A stretch of 64,000 nt of DNA from Penicillus capitatus (Eukaryota > Plantae > Chlorophyta): assembly GCA_965649825.1 (NCBI GenBank), contig OZ287701.1:1411659-1475658 (forward strand). The letters run 5' to 3'. The translations under genes were made by a program, and so were the position numbers. The first letter of the stretch is position 1, and each line of letters starts with the position of its first letter. The notes beneath the pieces were generated by a model, which worked only from the letters and a program-made list of their open reading frames with translations, had not been told where the DNA came from and made no database searches. Below are positions 60,901 to 64,000 of the stretch, one piece after another.

Positions 60901-63900
60901 CAAAATCGCCACATAGGCTAGTGTAACCCGGCCCTCGGCCTCAAAACAGGGGGTAAGGCTTTCGTGACCGAGAACGTTTCTCTGAACTCGGACAATTACG
61001 TAATTTCAGCTTCGGAGCGCACCGGCTTGCTTTCTGCAACGTCCGTCCCCCGCGTGGAGCAACTGGTGTACTGCTTTTGACTCGACTTCGGTCATTTCGA
61101 CAGGTGAACCAAATTCCGCGGACCGCGTGCTCTCGAACATCCGAAAGCGTTCAGCTTCGGACCCGAACGTTCTGCTGTCAGCATTCATCGTGCACTCCGC
61201 GAGTCGAGCAACTGGTGTACTGCTTTTGACTCGACTTCGGTCATTTCGACAGGTGAACCAAATTCCGCGGACCGCGTGCTCTCGAACATCCGAAAGCGTT
61301 CAACTTCGGACCCGAACGATCTGCCGTCAGCATTTATCGTGCACTCCGCTAGTCGAGCAACTGGTGTACTGCTTTTGACTCGACTTCGGTCATTTCGACA
61401 GGTGAACGAGTTTCGCGGACCGCGTGCTCTTTAACATCCGAACGCGATCAACTTCGAGCCCGAACGATCGGCTGTCATAATTTATCGCGCACTGTGCGAG
61501 TCGAGCAACTGGTGTACTGCTTTTTGCGGCTGTCCCGAAATCGGCAAGTCGGTCACTGTAACCCGTCACTCGTCCTCAAAACAGGGGGTAAGGTTACTGT
61601 AACCGGGCCCTCGGCCTCAAAAACGCCACATAGGCTAGTGTAACCCGGCCCTCGGCCTCAAAATCGCAACATAGGCTAGTGTAACCCGGACCACGGCCTC
61701 AAAACAGGGGGTAAGGCTTCCGTGACCGAGAACGTTTCATGTGAACTCGGACAATTACGTAATTTCAGCTTCGGAGCGCACCGGCTTGCTTTCTGCAACG
61801 TCCGTCCCCCGCGTGGAGCAACTGGTGTACTGCTTTTGACTCGACTTCGGTCATTTCGACAGGTGAACCAGTTCCGCGGACCGCGTGCTCTCGAACATCC
61901 GAAAGCGTTCAACTTCGGACCCGAACGATCTGCCGTCAGCATTCATCGTGCACTCCGCGAGTCGAGCAACTGGTGTACTGCAATTGACTCGATTTCGGTA
62001 ATTTCGACAGGTGAACGAGTTTCGCGGACTGCGTGCTCTTTAACATCCGAACGCGATCAACTTCGAGCCCGAACGATCGGCTGTCATAATTTATCGCGCA
62101 CTGTGCGAGTCGAGCAACTGGTGTACTGCTTTTTGCGGCTGTCCCGAAATCGCCAAGTCGGTCACTGTAACCCGTCACTCGCCCTCAAAACAGGGGGTAA
62201 CGCTAGTGTAACCCGAGCCTCGGCCTCAAAAACGCCACATAGGCCAGTGCAACCCGGCCTTCGGCCTCAAAAACGCCACATAGGCTAGTGTAACCCGGCC
62301 CTCGGCCTCAAAAACGCCACATAGGCTAGTGTAACCCGGCCCTCGGCCTCAAAAACGCCACATAGGCTAGTGTAACCCGGCCTTCGGCCTCAAAATCGCC
62401 ACATAGGCTAGTGTAACCCGGCCTTCGGCCTCAAAATCGCCACATAGGCTAGTGTAACCCGGCCTTCGGCCTCAAAATCGCCACATAGGCTAGTGTAACC
62501 CGGCCTTCGGCCTCAAAAACGCCACATAGGCTACTGTAACCCGGCCCTCGGCCTCAAAAACGCCACATAGGCTACTGTAACCCGGCCCTCGGCCTCAAAA
62601 ACGCCACATAGGCTAGTGTAACCCGAGCCTCGGCCTCAAAATCGCAACATAGGCTAGTGTAACCCGGACCACGGCCTCAAAACAGGGGGTAAGGCTTTCG
62701 TGACCGAGAACGTTTCTCTGAACTCGGACATTTACGTAATTTCAGCTTCGGAGCGCACCGGCTTGCTTTCTGCAACGTCCGTCCCCCGCGTGGAGCAACT
62801 GGTGTACTGCTTTTGACTCGACTTCGGTCATTTCGACAGGCGAACCAGTTCCGCGGACCGCGTGCTCTCGAACATCCGAAAGCGTTCAACTTCGGACCCG
62901 AACGTTCTGCCGTCGGCATTCATCGTGCACTCCGCTAGTCGAGCAACTGGTGTACTGCTTTTTGCGGCTGTCCCGAAATCGGCAAGTCGGTCACTGTAAC
63001 CCGTCACTCGCCCTCAAAACAGGGGGTAAGCCTACTCTAACCCGAACCTCGGCCTCAAAATCGCCACATAGGCTAGTGTAACCCGGCCTTCGGCCTCAAA
63101 ATCGCCACATAGGCTAGTGTAACCAGGCCTTCGGCCTCAAAAACGCCACATAGGCTACTGTAACCCGGCCTTCGGCCTCAAAAACGCCACATAGGCTACT
63201 GTAACCCGGCCCTCGGCCTCAAAAACGCCACATAGGCTAGTGTAACCCGGCCTTCGGCCTCAAAATCGCCACATAGGCTAGTGTAACCCGGCCTTCGGCC
63301 TCAAAATCGCCACATAGGCTAGTGTAACCCGGCCCTCGGCCTCAAAATCGCCACATAGGCTAGTGTAACCCGAGCCTCGGCCTCAAAATCGCCACATAGG
63401 CTTGTGTAACCCGAGCCTCGGCCTCAAAATCGCAACATAGGCTAGTGTAACCGGGCCCTCGGCCTCAAAAACGGCAAGTAGGCTAGTGTAACCCGGCCCT
63501 CGGCCTCAAAACAGGGGGTAAGGCTTCCGTGACCGAGAACGTTTCATGTGAACTCGGACAATTACGTAATTTCAGCTTCGGAGCGCACCGGCTTGCTTTC
63601 TACAACGTCCGTCCCCCGCGTGGAGCAATTGGTGTACTGCTTTTGACTCGACTTCGGTCATTTCGACAGGCGAACCAGTTCCGCGGACCGCGTGCTCTCG
63701 AACATCCGAAAGCGTTCAACTTCGGACCCGAACGTTCTGCCGTCAGCATTCATCGCGCAATCCGCGAGTCGAGCAACTGGTGTACTGCTTTTTGCGGCTG
63801 TCCCGAAATCGGCAAGTCGGTCACTGTAACCCGTCACTCGCCCTCAAAACAGGGGGTAACGCTACTGTAACCCGGCCTTCGGCCTCAAAATCGCCACATA

Positions 63901-64000
63901 GGCTAGTGTAACCCGGCCTTCGGCCTCAAAAACGCCACATAGGCTACTGTAACCCGGCCCTCGGCCTCAAAATCGCCACATAGGCTAGTGTAACCCGGCC
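57957..64000. repeat. Modular satellite II of 149-bp and 41-bp subrepeats with 1613-bp and 3973-bp higher-order periodicities; runs off the window
   Basis: The 41-bp unit is ggctagtgtaacccggccctcggcctcaaaaacgccacata. The 149-bp unit is anchored at gagcaactgg (59444, 59593, 59742). ORF repeats occur at 59393/61006, 60063/61676 and 58704/62677. Confidence 0.97.

Noticed and set aside
50942-64000. Dozens of 60-190-aa ORFs in the satellite region
   Set aside because: They recur identically with the repeat period on both strands, have no recognisable domains, and reflect GC-rich repeat sequence.

Overview
Eukaryotic nuclear DNA with compact genes and short (about 45-65 nt) GT-AG introns. A plant-type NDUFB8, LPA3, a plastid-type TypA and the flagellar genes IFT70 and DRC9 point to a flagellate-producing green alga; a siphonous ulvophyte is possible but is inference only. 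Positions 1-50.9 kb hold apparently intact genes: an FAD-linked oxidase, a PsiD-like pyruvoyl decarboxylase, a RAP-domain protein, LPA3, DRC9, IFT70, NDUFB8 and two large beta-helix/Cys-rich/multi-TM receptor-like genes, the first of which has one frame problem. Mixed among them are many decayed housekeeping-gene copies (RPS9, importin-alpha, OAT, TypA, RPA1, midasin-like AAA) and a LINE/Gypsy/TypA junction. From 50.9 kb to the end the window is satellite DNA. First comes a 1184/1185-bp tandem array with dimeric higher-order structure. It switches, inside shared homologous sequence, to a modular satellite whose cassette length fits 188 + 149n + 41m bp exactly, which is a candidate pericentromere/centromere. 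Gene boundaries were inferred by eye and are approximate. No database searches were run.
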